Source of the DNA: Botryllus schlosseri
Taxonomy: Eukaryota
Direction of reading: 5' to 3'
Assembly (NCBI GenBank): GCA_051294905.1
Contig: CM119372.1
Span: 248,001-312,000 of the forward strand
DNA: 64,000 nucleotides
The position numbers and the translations under genes were made by a program. Positions 51,541-62,605 of this stretch are shown here, in pieces. Position 1 is the first letter of the stretch. The number at the start of each line of letters is the position of its first letter. The notes under the pieces are model-generated. The model saw only the letters and a list, made by a program, of their open reading frames with translations, was not told the DNA's origin and did not search any database.

Positions 51541-51620
51541 CTTGAAAAGTTCAAAGCACACATGATATAGATGCGACGGACAGTAGATAATGTTCACAGT
51601 CGGATCGTGCTCGTTCACAA
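51541..51620 (-). CDS. PDK: Pyruvate dehydrogenase kinase exon 7
   Basis: VNIIYCPSHLYHVCFELFK; follows a 55-bp GT-AG intron. Confidence 0.93.
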
Positions 51621-51675
51621 CTGAAATTGAGGCAAGATTATCAAAAGAAGAACGTAAAATGCTGGAAAATCTCAC

Positions 51676-51840
51676 CGTTGTGAACATGCATTTTCACTTC
51701 TGGCGCTCCGAGATAATATTGCTCGCATAGAAATTTAGCGTTGTCATAAGCTTCTTGCACGACGCATCCAACGTCGCAATTGGGATCGATCGAGCCGTAC
51801 AGATTCGGTTCGCGGTCAGCAGAGTCCCCAAATAGCAGAA
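51676..51840 (-). CDS. PDK: Pyruvate dehydrogenase kinase exon 6
   Basis: LLFGD...GSIDPNCDVGCVVQEAYDNAKFLCEQYYLGAPE. Confidence 0.95.
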
Positions 51841-51949
51841 CTGGCAACCATAGAGTCGGTCAGACTTGTACAACATACCATCTAGTTAGTTGACGATTAA
51901 CTAATTGTTGTTTGAGTCATTTTCATATTTGAAAAGGTGGTACCCAGAA

Positions 51950-52545
51950 GTTCTAACTGCGAGTTTGGAAAAGTGAGAGCCATGAGGTCTATTTCTATTT
52001 CGGAGTTTTGAAAATTGAGTAGCTCTAGTTCTAGCTATAGCTCCTATTAGAAGACTTGAAAAGTGAGCAGTTCTAGTTCTAGTTGTGACTTTGCTCTAGT
52101 TCTAGTTGCGGATCTCCAAAAGCGAGTGTCATTTAGGTCTAGTTCTAGCTGGAAGTTTTGAAAACTGAGTAGTTCTAGTTGCGAATATTGAAAAGTGTGT
52201 AGTACTAGTTCCAATTACACATTTTTCAAAGTGAGTTCTCATTCTGGCTGTGAGTTTTGAAAAGTGAGCCGCTCTAGTTCTAGCTCCAATTAGAAGACTT
52301 GAAAAGTGAGCAGTTCTAGTTCTAGTTGCGAGTTTTGAAAAGTGAGTAGCTCTAGTTCGAGTTGTGGATTTTCAAAAGCGAGTGTCAATAGGTTTGTCTA
52401 TAGCTGGAAGTTTTGAAAAGTGAATAGTTCTAGTTGCGAATATTGAAAAGTGTGTAGTTCTGGTTCCAAATACACGATTTTCAAAGTGAAGAGTTCTCAT
52501 TCTAGCTGCGAGTCTTGAAAAGTGAGCAGCTCTAGCTCTTTGAAA
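51950..52545 (-). repeat. Expanded tandem array (GAAAAGTGAGTAGTTCTAGTT units) with a higher-order duplication
   Basis: Same family as 12140-12569; about 52020-52265 is repeated at about 52270-52535. Confidence 0.8.
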
Positions 52546-52597
52546 ATCATGCAGTTTGCAGAAGCATGTAACAAGAAAAAGAATTTCGCTATATTAC

Positions 52598-52702
52598 CGT
52601 GTTGGTTTATGAGAAGTCGAATCCCGATACGGCTTGTGTAAAAACGGTCGAGAAAATACTGGATGTTTTCTTTATCCGTTTCGGAGAAAACCTTCTTTTT
52701 GC
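52598..52702 (-). CDS. PDK: Pyruvate dehydrogenase kinase exon 5
   Basis: [24 protein letters not shown]; follows a 61-bp GT-AG intron. Confidence 0.95.
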
Positions 52703-52763
52703 CTGGAAACATATCGACTCAAACACGAAATCATGACACAGATGAGAACAGCAATCGACTCAC

Positions 52764-52858
52764 GCGACATTTTTTCGGTCCACTCCATGATACCGAAAGC
52801 CATGGTTTCGACGACGTTGCGATGCCGCACAACGATCTTACGAAGCGTTTCCGTAAAG
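52764..52858 (-). CDS. PDK: Pyruvate dehydrogenase kinase exon 4
   Basis: FTETLRKIVVRHRNVVETMAFGIME; splice phases consistent. Confidence 0.92.
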
Positions 52859-53987
52859 CTAGGAAGGAAGGAATTGTTACGACTTCATCATTAGACTCGA
52901 TGCCATCCGGTAGAAGCAGAGTTATTGAGTACAAAATTTTGGACTTGAATGAAATAATAGTATATACGGTGGGCAGTTATGTATTTAATAGGGCAAGTTT
53001 TTGTTGCACTAAAATCGCGGGAAAGTTGCATCTACAATATTTGTTGCATTATTAGGGTAAGAGATACTTGAAAGGTTCTGTTGAATAAACTACTTCTTGC
53101 TGAGCTGTCAAATATGTTACTTTATTGCCATTTAACACACGGTCTGGCGAAACCACTAACAATTACATTTTTTTTTCGGGCACATAGCAAGAAAATTACG
53201 GAAACACCATAAATAGCGATAACCCCTCCCCTAACACACAAGTCAAATAACACACCCCAAACCCCCTAGGTCTGCAAACTCGACCCAAATCACAGAAAAA
53301 CTGTAACTAAAACAGAGGAAATAGCCTTAAAAAGGCGACTCATTGAAATTGTAATGCGGTTTTGCCTGGGTGCTCGTGAAATGGGAAACTATTTCAAATT
53401 TGAATGACAGAATTAATAAAGCGATCTATTTACATATTGTTAGGGCACGGTCGTGCACGACAGGGGTAGTTTAACTTCTTGCTGGCAAGCCATTGTATCA
53501 TAGATAACAGTCAGATGCAGCTAAACCGTCATATAGTTCTTTGTTTTGCAAATCACAGAGAATAGAACCATACTAGAAATAGTTATTAATACGTTTTCAA
53601 CTCATTCATTCACATTTCAACGCAATATTTGATAAAAAGTTGCTGTAAAATTTGCCATGAAAATAGAGAAAAGATGCAAAAAGTTGCACTATAAAAACCC
53701 TCCAAACACCTTAAAACTTCGTAGTACATAGATTCTGCGTATCTAGGAAGCTGTCGGAAGCTGTAAAAAAAAGTTGCAAACGCTGCAAAAACTTGCCCTA
53801 GTAATTAATAAATAAAGAATTTTACACTGTAGTTCCTGTTTTTTTTTTGAAAGCCCAAATTTGCGACATTTTTTATGCATTGTTTTTTAGACAGCCTCAC
53901 AATTTCATCAAATAGCAAGCGAAATTTGAAAAAAAAATATTTGTGAGCAACTGTAGTGTGCTTGCCTCTTAGTCACATGTTCTAGGC

Positions 53988-54693
53988 CAGGGCTGGCCAA
54001 CCTTTTCATCCAACGGGTCACATTCGATTGACGAATTATTGCGCGGGCCACTAGCCGCGCGAAGCGCGAACTTTTTTTGAAGTTCATAGGTCAATAATAT
54101 TGTCATTTGACTATATTGCGGGCCTGTTGTATATCGCTGGGCTAAGATTGCGAGGACTGGGCTATTCGGCGGGTGGACATATCGATATCGAAAGATGCGA
54201 CAAACATGCGTCAATCATTTCGTGCCTAGGTTTCATAGTCGACGGTCTTACTGCGATTGCAAACGCAATGTCGCATATGTTGAACGACACTTTGTCTCGT
54301 AATCGCAAATATAGTTAGACTCAATCTGATACATTAGGTATTCTTCCATTTTCACAAAAGGGCAACAATATCAAATACAAGAAATCGAGTGACAACATGT
54401 TGCGCCAAGCTTGTAGAAAATTTTTACCTTTGATAAATCTACCGCAAATTATTCTGCTTTATTGTAGTGTACGAAGATATACCAATACGTGAATGGCTGA
54501 TGGATCTGTCAATGCGTCGGAACTAATATTTTAGTCATCACATCTCAAGTGTTGCGGCCAGACTAATCAAATTTTTGGTTGGCCTTGCAAGTTCACAATC
54601 TGTGCAATCCATTTTTGACGATATTAGAAATTTCGGAAATGACATCGCGGGCCACTCAAAACCTTCTCGCGGGCCACAGGTTGGCCGGCCCTG
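53988..54693. mobile_element. Buster-type hAT MITE
   Basis: TIR CAGGGCTGGCCAACCT / AGGTTGGCCGGCCCTG; exact TSD TTCTAGGC. Confidence 0.9.
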
Positions 54694-54816
54694 TTCTAGG
54701 CCAACGTGGGTATTTAAGAGAATACTCTTACATTTTTATTCCTTCCTCCCACTTTGTGGTAATCTTGCAGCATTTCTAATGAAACCATTAAGAACCCAAC
54801 AAACAAAATGGATTAC

Positions 54817-54947
54817 TTTTCGGTAATGTCATTGTTGACAGGGACGTCCCGATATCTCATCATCTCCTCGAATGAGGTTTTGTACCAAGACGTTACGAGA
54901 CTTGTCGATGCCGTCGACAGCAGATCATCTGGAAATCTGTTCATTTC
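54817..54947 (-). CDS. PDK: Pyruvate dehydrogenase kinase exon 3
   Basis: EMNRFPDDLLSTASTSLVTSWYKTSFEEM. Confidence 0.92.
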
Positions 54948-55140
54948 CTGTACACACATACAGTCAGCTAATTGTTCAATCCATGAACGAAGGTGTTGAG
55001 TCTCAAAGAAGTAGCAGATTACAGTCATATTTTTTTTTCAAATTAGATTGGAATCAGAATGACTGAATTCGCAAAAACTCGGATATTGAATCAAGATTTC
55101 AAATATGAAAGAAATGCGACAAAAATTTCAAGTCTAATAG

Positions 55141-55956
55141 CTTTGTTTACCGAGAACCAGACTTGGACAACTAGATGATTAGACTAATCAAAGCGAAATG
55201 TCGGCAATCTGTATGTGCACACTGTACAGTATGGCTGTTCAAAAAGAAACTTTTCCATCAGAATTCACTGGCTACTTGACAAAATTGTTAGGTTGGTTAA
55301 AAAACACTGCACACCAACTTTGGCTCCATTCCAACCATTAGAAGCGAGATTCTTGCAGTAGAAAGTTTTGAATTTATCATAAAAAAATTTAAAAAAATAA
55401 ATTTCAAAATTTTTCTGTCTACCACATAGAATTGTTAGGCTGTCAGTAGAGATGATGCACACCAAATTTGGCTCAATTCCTACCACTAGAAACGAAGTTT
55501 TTGCAGTAGAAAAATTTCTACTTCCATGATTTTATAATAAATAAATAAAGAGTTAGTCACCGTTAATACTATTTTATTCAAATCCAAATTTTTCTAGAGC
55601 AATAACTTCGCTTCGAGTAGCTGGAATTGAGCCAAATTTGGTGTGCATGATCTCTACTGACAGCCTAACAATTTATGGGGTTGACAAAAAAATTTGGAAA
55701 TTTCAGTTTTTATGATAAATTCAAAACTTTCTACTGCAACTTCTTCTTCAGCTTCTACTGGTTGGAATGGAGCCAAAGTTGGTGTGCAGCGCTTTTTTAA
55801 CCAACCTAACAATTTTATCAAGTAGCCAGTGAAATCTGATGGAAAAGTTTCTTTTTGAACAGCCATACTGTACAGTGTGCACATACAGATTGCCGACATT
55901 TCGCTTTGATTAGTCTAATTATCTAGTTGTCCAAGTCTGGTTCTCCGTAAACAAAG
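55141..55956. repeat. Long inverted repeat (foldback MITE plus inverted flank) filling PDK intron 2
   Basis: Arms at about 55141-55510 and 55600-55956. MITE relatives at about 45330-45460 and 47320-49350. Confidence 0.9.
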
Positions 55957-55978
55957 TCATCAAGTCTTACGGAAGTAC

Positions 55979-56058
55979 CTTCATCATGTTGGCGAGACGC
56001 GTTGGTATTTCTTGACGCAGCCATCGGAACGAGGACTTTTCATTACCGGACTTTTGGG
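55979..56058 (-). CDS. PDK: Pyruvate dehydrogenase kinase exon 2
   Basis: NEKSSFRWLRQEIPTRLANMMK. Confidence 0.93.
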
Positions 56059-57564
56059 CTGAAATACAAAACGCATAGTGAATCAATTTTGCTGAATGTT
56101 TCAGACAGATTTGTATGAAGTATTGGATTTTCTAAATATCAACTAGACCTGTAACTAACAGACCCTAAAAACACCCATCCCCTGGCTACACCCACTGTTA
56201 GTAGCACTTGATGACTCTGAGTTAGCAATGGCTCCAAGAACATCACACAACAGAACACCGGTATTGCGATTCACACCAAACGATGACATGTGTTTTCTAG
56301 TTACCCTACAACTGGATTATTTTTACTAGAACTAGAACTACTCAAACATAACTTTGTTTACAGAAATGAACTAGTTTGTTGATACAAGTCTGGCATTATC
56401 AGAGACATAGATATTTTCAATCTGTTATCATAGATGCTTCTTGGAGCACGCACAGTAGAAGACAACACGCGATATTTCCGTTCAAAACAACCACAAAGTC
56501 AATCCCTCTATCAATATTTGCAGAACGAGTCAGCTGGTCGGCCTAACGGCAAGAGTCAATATCAGTATCGAGAGTCGATATCAGTATCGTTGAGGAAATT
56601 ATTTACTTCATAAACTGCCAACACAGCATAACTACTGCTGACAAGCTTGGGAGTATGACAACATGAAATCATCAAACAGTCTCCTATACATAAGTTGTAT
56701 GCCAAATAAATAACTTGATTGGTCTATTTTGAGAGCCTAACAATATCACACTTTGAAAAAAATATCGGTATCGGTATCATTCAAAGTAAAAAATATCGGT
56801 CATTTTTATGCCATCACAGCATGGTAGTAGAGAGCATAAAAGTAAGTAAGAATAAAAGTAAGTACAGTAGGCCTAGTTTTGCCGAATAACTGAACACTGT
56901 TAGGTAGAAAAAAGCTAAAATCATATTCACTTCAGTAAGTTTCATGTTTTGCTGAAATTTGGCTCCAAACATTGTGAAGAATATGTGAGTAAATATCAAT
57001 TTATTTTGTAAGCTGTAAGATTCGCAACAGAACCTAGGCCTAATAGTTCAAGCTACTATTGCAAGTCCAATCGTGTTTGCGACCTGAATGATAGATTACG
57101 GGACAAATTTCATAGTCGCACACTCATTTTATAGGCCTACGTCAACGTCTCGAGTCATCTTATGATGCAATATTACATGTAGCAGCTGATCAATGATGTC
57201 AGTGAAAGTAGGTTGCAACTTTCGCGCTATCACCATATCAACTTGAAACATTACTTGTGTATCATAAGGTTATATGACTCAGAAAAAGTCTATGCTATGC
57301 ACATTAGTGTAGTGGATATGATATGTCTGTGATGTCGTGATCAATAATCATGTATGAAAACATGACCAGATATCTTAAATGCGATGAAGAATTGACATTG
57401 TATTCGACGTGGTCGCATAAAAGGTAGATATTTGAATTTTCCACATCACCCATACTGTTATGGGGTCATAATGAGTGACACTGGAATACTTGAAGCCTAA
57501 TACTCAGTTCAGAATGGAATCGCTCGGATACTTGATTTTTCTAAGAGAGAAAAATCTGACTCAC

Positions 57565-57727
57565 CGAAATCAATGAATTGACGCAAGGAGATTGGACTCG
57601 GGCTGAAGCGACTGTACTTTTCAATGAGGTCCGACGTTGACCTTGAAAACGAGGATGAGGTTGCCAGAGTTGCTGCAGGCATTGTGACGTTTTTCGACCA
57701 TTGCAATAGGTAACGAGTAAGTTGCAT
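57565..57727 (-). CDS. PDK: Pyruvate dehydrogenase kinase, first coding exon (joined CDS about 434 aa)
   Basis: Presequence-like MQLTRYLLQWSK..., then IEKYSRFSPSPISLRQFIDF; donor G|GTGAGT. Alternative ATG at 57682. Confidence 0.9.
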
Positions 57728-59366
57728 CTGTAAGGTGCGACAATCAAGAATTAACAAAGTATCCCCATTCTGAAGAATCAATTTGGACTGTTATAAATTC
57801 TGCAAAATTTTTGACGAATGTTTAGTCCAATTATGCCGAATTTCCATTTTGTTAAGGAGACAGCTTGGAAATTAACCTCTCTGATAGTGATAGCTATACC
57901 GATATGGCAATTTAAAACGAAATATAGATATTACTGGAGATATAGGCCTACCGTTGATATTCGCATTGGAAATTCAATGATCCCACTTCTCTAGATAAAA
58001 TTGACATAGGCTAAATGTATGAAAAATAAGGAGTACGTACCTTGCGAGTGTCAGAAACTTAGCAAGTATAGTCCAGAATCATCATCAGAGCATGTAATAG
58101 AAGAAATTGAATAAAAAAGCTGCGGAATGGAAAATTGCAATTTCATTTGCTCGAGTCTGTACTCGGTATACTTTTAAAATTGAATATTCGAAGGCTTAAA
58201 GTTGAACAACCCCAAAATGATTGCTGTTGTAATGTAAGTACAGACAATGCATTGACCTAATGTTAATGTTACATGAAATGGAATCAGTGAGCTGGATTCT
58301 GGCACTTTCAAAGGAACCAAGGATGAAGATGTCACCAATCTAGTTTTGCGCACAGGAAAGATTCTAACTGAAATACAGACAACGGACAAAGTGAACGGCG
58401 TGAATCATCATATAAATGCTTCCATAGCATGAATTCGATTCAAGATCAAAAAGTATCCCAAGATAACGATCTCGCTTTGAATAATATCATGATATTGAAA
58501 TAATGCCGAATACTCTCGGCAGACATTCGCCAGGCTCGTCAGGGTCAATCGTGAGCCGCTGGAGAAAATTCAATTGTGTACAGGAGTTTTTCACCTCCAA
58601 GAGTTTTTTATCTTCCTCTTCACAAACAACAAACGGCTTATCATACGATCTGCAAACCTATCAAGTTCAAATACCGTGAAAAATAATAACCTACTGAATG
58701 ACCATAATTCGTGCTCGTGCACATCGCAAGCGTACAATAGATGTTTTACAGTTAGCTATCGACCAGAAGTAATTCTGGATCCACGATATAGAGTCGCACC
58801 CACAACTCACTTGTCGGTCAGTGCCCGGCATACAGATACAAGCACAGAAAGAACAAAAAGGTCCCTCTCGCAAGAGAACAATTCATGAATTCATGTGCCG
58901 CAGTCGAACACGTCTTTCACTGACACTAGCACGAGTAGCTAAGAAACGCACAGATGAAAACGCATTCAAATCGTATTACAGGCAATTTCTTCTGAATGAA
59001 TACTAGCCAGACCTCAGGATTACCATACCTCGGCGTCGCCCGCCGCATCATGCCACCTCATTTTATCGCTTGCGTCTTACATTCTCTGCATTACATGTCA
59101 TTCTTTACTTCGCCTAAAGGCTACTCCAAATTGTTTCGACACCTTCCTATCTTCCCATTGTATCGCAGTTTTGTGGTGGTTTGAAACGACGAAAATATTA
59201 ATAAAACTGATTGATTGATTGAAATGCAGACGCGCATGGAGACGTATTTCAAAGCAGGAATTGCGCAGCTGTTGTAGTTGACACCGAAGCGTCAGCATCA
59301 AGCCAACATGCGCAGGAAGCCTGTAATTTTCGAACGCACAACCATCAGCAACGCAGCCTGCCCGGA

Positions 59367-60349
59367 GGCCCTGTGGATATAAAGCTGTATCAGCTGTATC
59401 AGCAGTATCAGCTGTATCACCCTGTGGATATAAAGCTGTATCAGCTGTATCAGCTGTATCACCCTGTGGATATAAAGCTGTATCAGCTGTATCACAGAGC
59501 TGTATCAGTTGTATCGCAGCTGTATCACTCATATATCAGCTGTAGCATGAATTATCGAAAATTTTCGCGCTTCACGCTGGCTCACTAAACAGTACAACAA
59601 TAATTTCATGGCAAAAGCGAACAACGTGATGGGGGACGGTTTATCACCCTATAGGAGCCCAAGACTCAAGGTTTTTTGCGGAGCCTGACGAAGTGCTGTT
59701 ACGGCCCTGGCTATAATGCGTCCTGATAATGCTAATAAACCAATGATGATGATGATCTAGTTTACGTCTGACATTGCGTGCTTGCATAATCACTGTAGGG
59801 GACGATACCCTTGTGTTCCGATACCTGACTATTTTGCATCCCAGACGTAGTCTTGGCGTGTTACTTTTTATGCAGAGAGAAACCTGGATGATAAAGCTGA
59901 TAATTGAGTGATACAGTTCATACCTGAGTGACATGGTTGATACTTGAGTGATAGCCTACTAGACTATTTCGCGCATCTCAGACATAGTATAGACGTGATA
60001 CTTATTGCAGAGTGATACCTGGGTGAATCTCGGTACGGTTTGTCTTATATAACATGGGAGCAGCGATGATTCTCAAAGTTAAAGTAATTAAAATAATAAT
60101 AATAAAAAAATCGAGAATTTTTTGAACACAAGACACCGATTCCATACAGGTAGAGTGATACAGCTGATACAGCTTTATATCCACAGGGTGATACAGCTGA
60201 TACAGCTTTATATCCACAGGGTGATACAGCTGATACAGCTTTATATCCACAGGCTGATACAGCTGATACAGCTTGATATCCACAGGGTGATACAGCTGAT
60301 ACAGCTGATACTGCTGATACAGCTGATACAGCTTTATATCCACAGGGCC
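59367..60349. mobile_element. GG-ended (Merlin-like) foldback element with (GTATCAGCT)n TIR arrays
   Basis: TIR GGCCCTGTGGATATAAAGCTGTATCAGCTG; exact 8-bp TSD TGCCCGGA (59359-59366 and 60350-60357). Confidence 0.88.
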
Positions 60350-61423
60350 TGCCCGGACACAGGTTGTCGCCTCAGGCTCGAATCGCCGTGCAAAGTGCGA
60401 GTCTGCAACAAAGACTTTGCTCGTTCCCTTGCTCGGTGCAGAGCGGAGAGTGAGAGAAGGAAACAAACAAGAGCGTCAATATTTGCAAGAGTGGGAGACC
60501 AACAGCGCTGTGACGTGCCGACGCCGGCGCCCAGGTCCAAAATCGTCCATCAAACAACAACATTGGGATTCTTACCTAACCAAATTACGTTTAATATAAT
60601 GGACTGCAAGAATTCCAACTGGACCCACTACAGAAATCATATACTGCGCTTACGATGCCCAGTTTATTTTCTGATTCGCTGTTTTCGGCAGCTCAAGTCT
60701 CCGATCCCAAATCGTCCATCAAACAACAACGTCACGTATTGGTGAAATTCAAAACTCAAGCACACCCAAGTATCAAAACATTACCTCAAACGTACACGAG
60801 CTACACTTTCAATATGAGTCATTCTCACTTATGCTGGGAGACCGGTGTACTTCTACTTTTTCGAAGTACTCAAGTAGTTTTCCCCTACTTCTGGTACTTA
60901 CTCAAGTAGATATGATTTTCGCTACTTCTACTTTTACTTCATAATATTTTGTGATCCACTTACTTACTTTTCGCTATCTTCAGTTTGTCAAGTAGAAGTA
61001 GTTTAATCCCCCAATAAGAGAGATAGCCTAAGGAATTTCGGAGCTGTTTTCACGTATAGTTACAACATTTAATTTTCATAAAAGTCATGTAATAGGCTAC
61101 CCAAAATTTTCGTTGCGCTTCGCGCACAGTACTTAAGGGGGTAAGGTACTCCCAGATCATCAAAATTTTTCATAATTTTTTTATTGCAGAATTACAAAGT
61201 ATGAGACTAGCTCTTTCCAAAAATGTAATCATCTTGCATGATTTCAAGCTATAAGTAGGTTAAAATTCCATTTAAAATCTCTCATTTTCGTAAAAATTCC
61301 ATATCCACACCCCCCCCCCCCATATTTTTAACCAGCTCAAAATTGTCACTAAAGACCACATCCTTATACTTTGAACAGTTATTAAAAAGAGCCATATCTG
61401 TAATCACTCAAGCATGAATATCA

Positions 61424-61766
61424 GGAAAAGGAAGGAAAGGAAAGGACGTAGTTTATTTTTGTCCTTGATGTTTTTGCGGCATATACACCGACTCATGATA
61501 CACATACAGACGATCTGCGCATATGCATACCATGAGTGCATGATGTGCATATGCCACTGGACAAGGAAGTGCAGATATAGCCTTTACAGCTTTCTAAGTC
61601 ATGCACCACCCCTCCATGCTATCCCAGTAATGCATGAGCGCCAAGCAGGGAAGCCATGGATACCAGTGTTACTACTCAGGTCTTTGGTCTGACCCGGCCG
61701 GGAATCGAACCCACGACCTACCGATCAAGAAGCCGGGCGCTTAACCATTATGCTATCTTGATCGGC
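61424..61766 (-). mobile_element. tRNA-derived SINE with the same head and central domain but a different 3' tail
   Basis: 61610-61766 aligns to the SINE head and core at 15190-15336. The 3' part is unrelated and ends AATAAA..(TTTCC)n. Confidence 0.7.
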
Positions 61767-61902
61767 AAAACATTCTTTGGCAGCCAAAGCAGTTGTAAAG
61801 CACAGTCACAAGACACTGTGATTACTGATTAGCTATCCTGTTGTCGGTGGCCGATTTTTGAATTATTTTGTGGGAAAACTGATAGTTAGTTGTGATTTTA
61901 CA

Positions 61903-62605
61903 ATGGGCGGGACAAAGAAAACAACAACACAGGCATTTGACCAGAGTAGGAGAAAATATTATGATAAAGTCATTCAAGAAAAGTTTGGAACTTTTATCTG
62001 CGTTGAAGTCTGATGGTGGTAGATGGAATTCAGAGGAAACCTTTTTCCTAGCAAGTCATGCATGATGCAGTTATTCAATGTATTGTGACTTGCCCGGACT
62101 GTGGTTCAACAGGCAGGGGCTATTGGCAAAATATCCAGCAAGGCTTTGCCACAGAGATTAGCATCGGAGTGTCGTGCTGCAAGAAAGAAATTTTTCGTCG
62201 GTTCACCTCATCAAAAGAGATGATGTTGAACAGGAAGACAAAAAGCATTGTCATCACCAGATCAACACTAAAATGGAGCCAGTATTATGATAATGCCATC
62301 GTAAATGGTGCACCAGATGCACAGGAAGCATCGAGGAAGTGTGGGCAATACTGATGCCCAACAGCTCAACTCCAGAAGAACCGATGCACGGCAATTGTGA
62401 TGAAAGGAGGTGCTTTTATTTGAAGGTAAAACTTGAAGATGCTACCGATCCAATCCGCAAGTATCCGCTGACATCCAAAATGTATCAAATGGTCAAACCC
62501 GACTTCAAGGACCTTGCAAGTATTGAGCTTTTTTCAAATTGCATGACCTTGCAAATGCAGAATGCTAAGGGTTATGCAACTCTAATTAGTATTGGAGTGC
62601 CATGA
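61903..62605 (+). pseudogene. Kolobok transposase remnant
   Basis: CPDCG..QGFATEI..CC..RFTSS, QYYDNAI, VWAI..PMHGNC..CFY and VKPDFKDLASIELFSNC..QNA resemble Kolobok motifs (YYGxAIR, PxHxxCP, IKPIYxDLS..TQNxNE). Confidence 0.75.

Noticed and set aside
51950..52545. CRISPR-like array (also 12150-12560 and 3360-3560)
   Set aside because: Degenerate tandem units without unique spacers, no cas genes, and a eukaryotic context.
59098..60745. Repetitive ORFs (DTADTA, IQLIQL, YQLYQL) as structural or antifreeze-like proteins
   Set aside because: They are translations of the 9-bp TIR arrays and are open in several frames on both strands.
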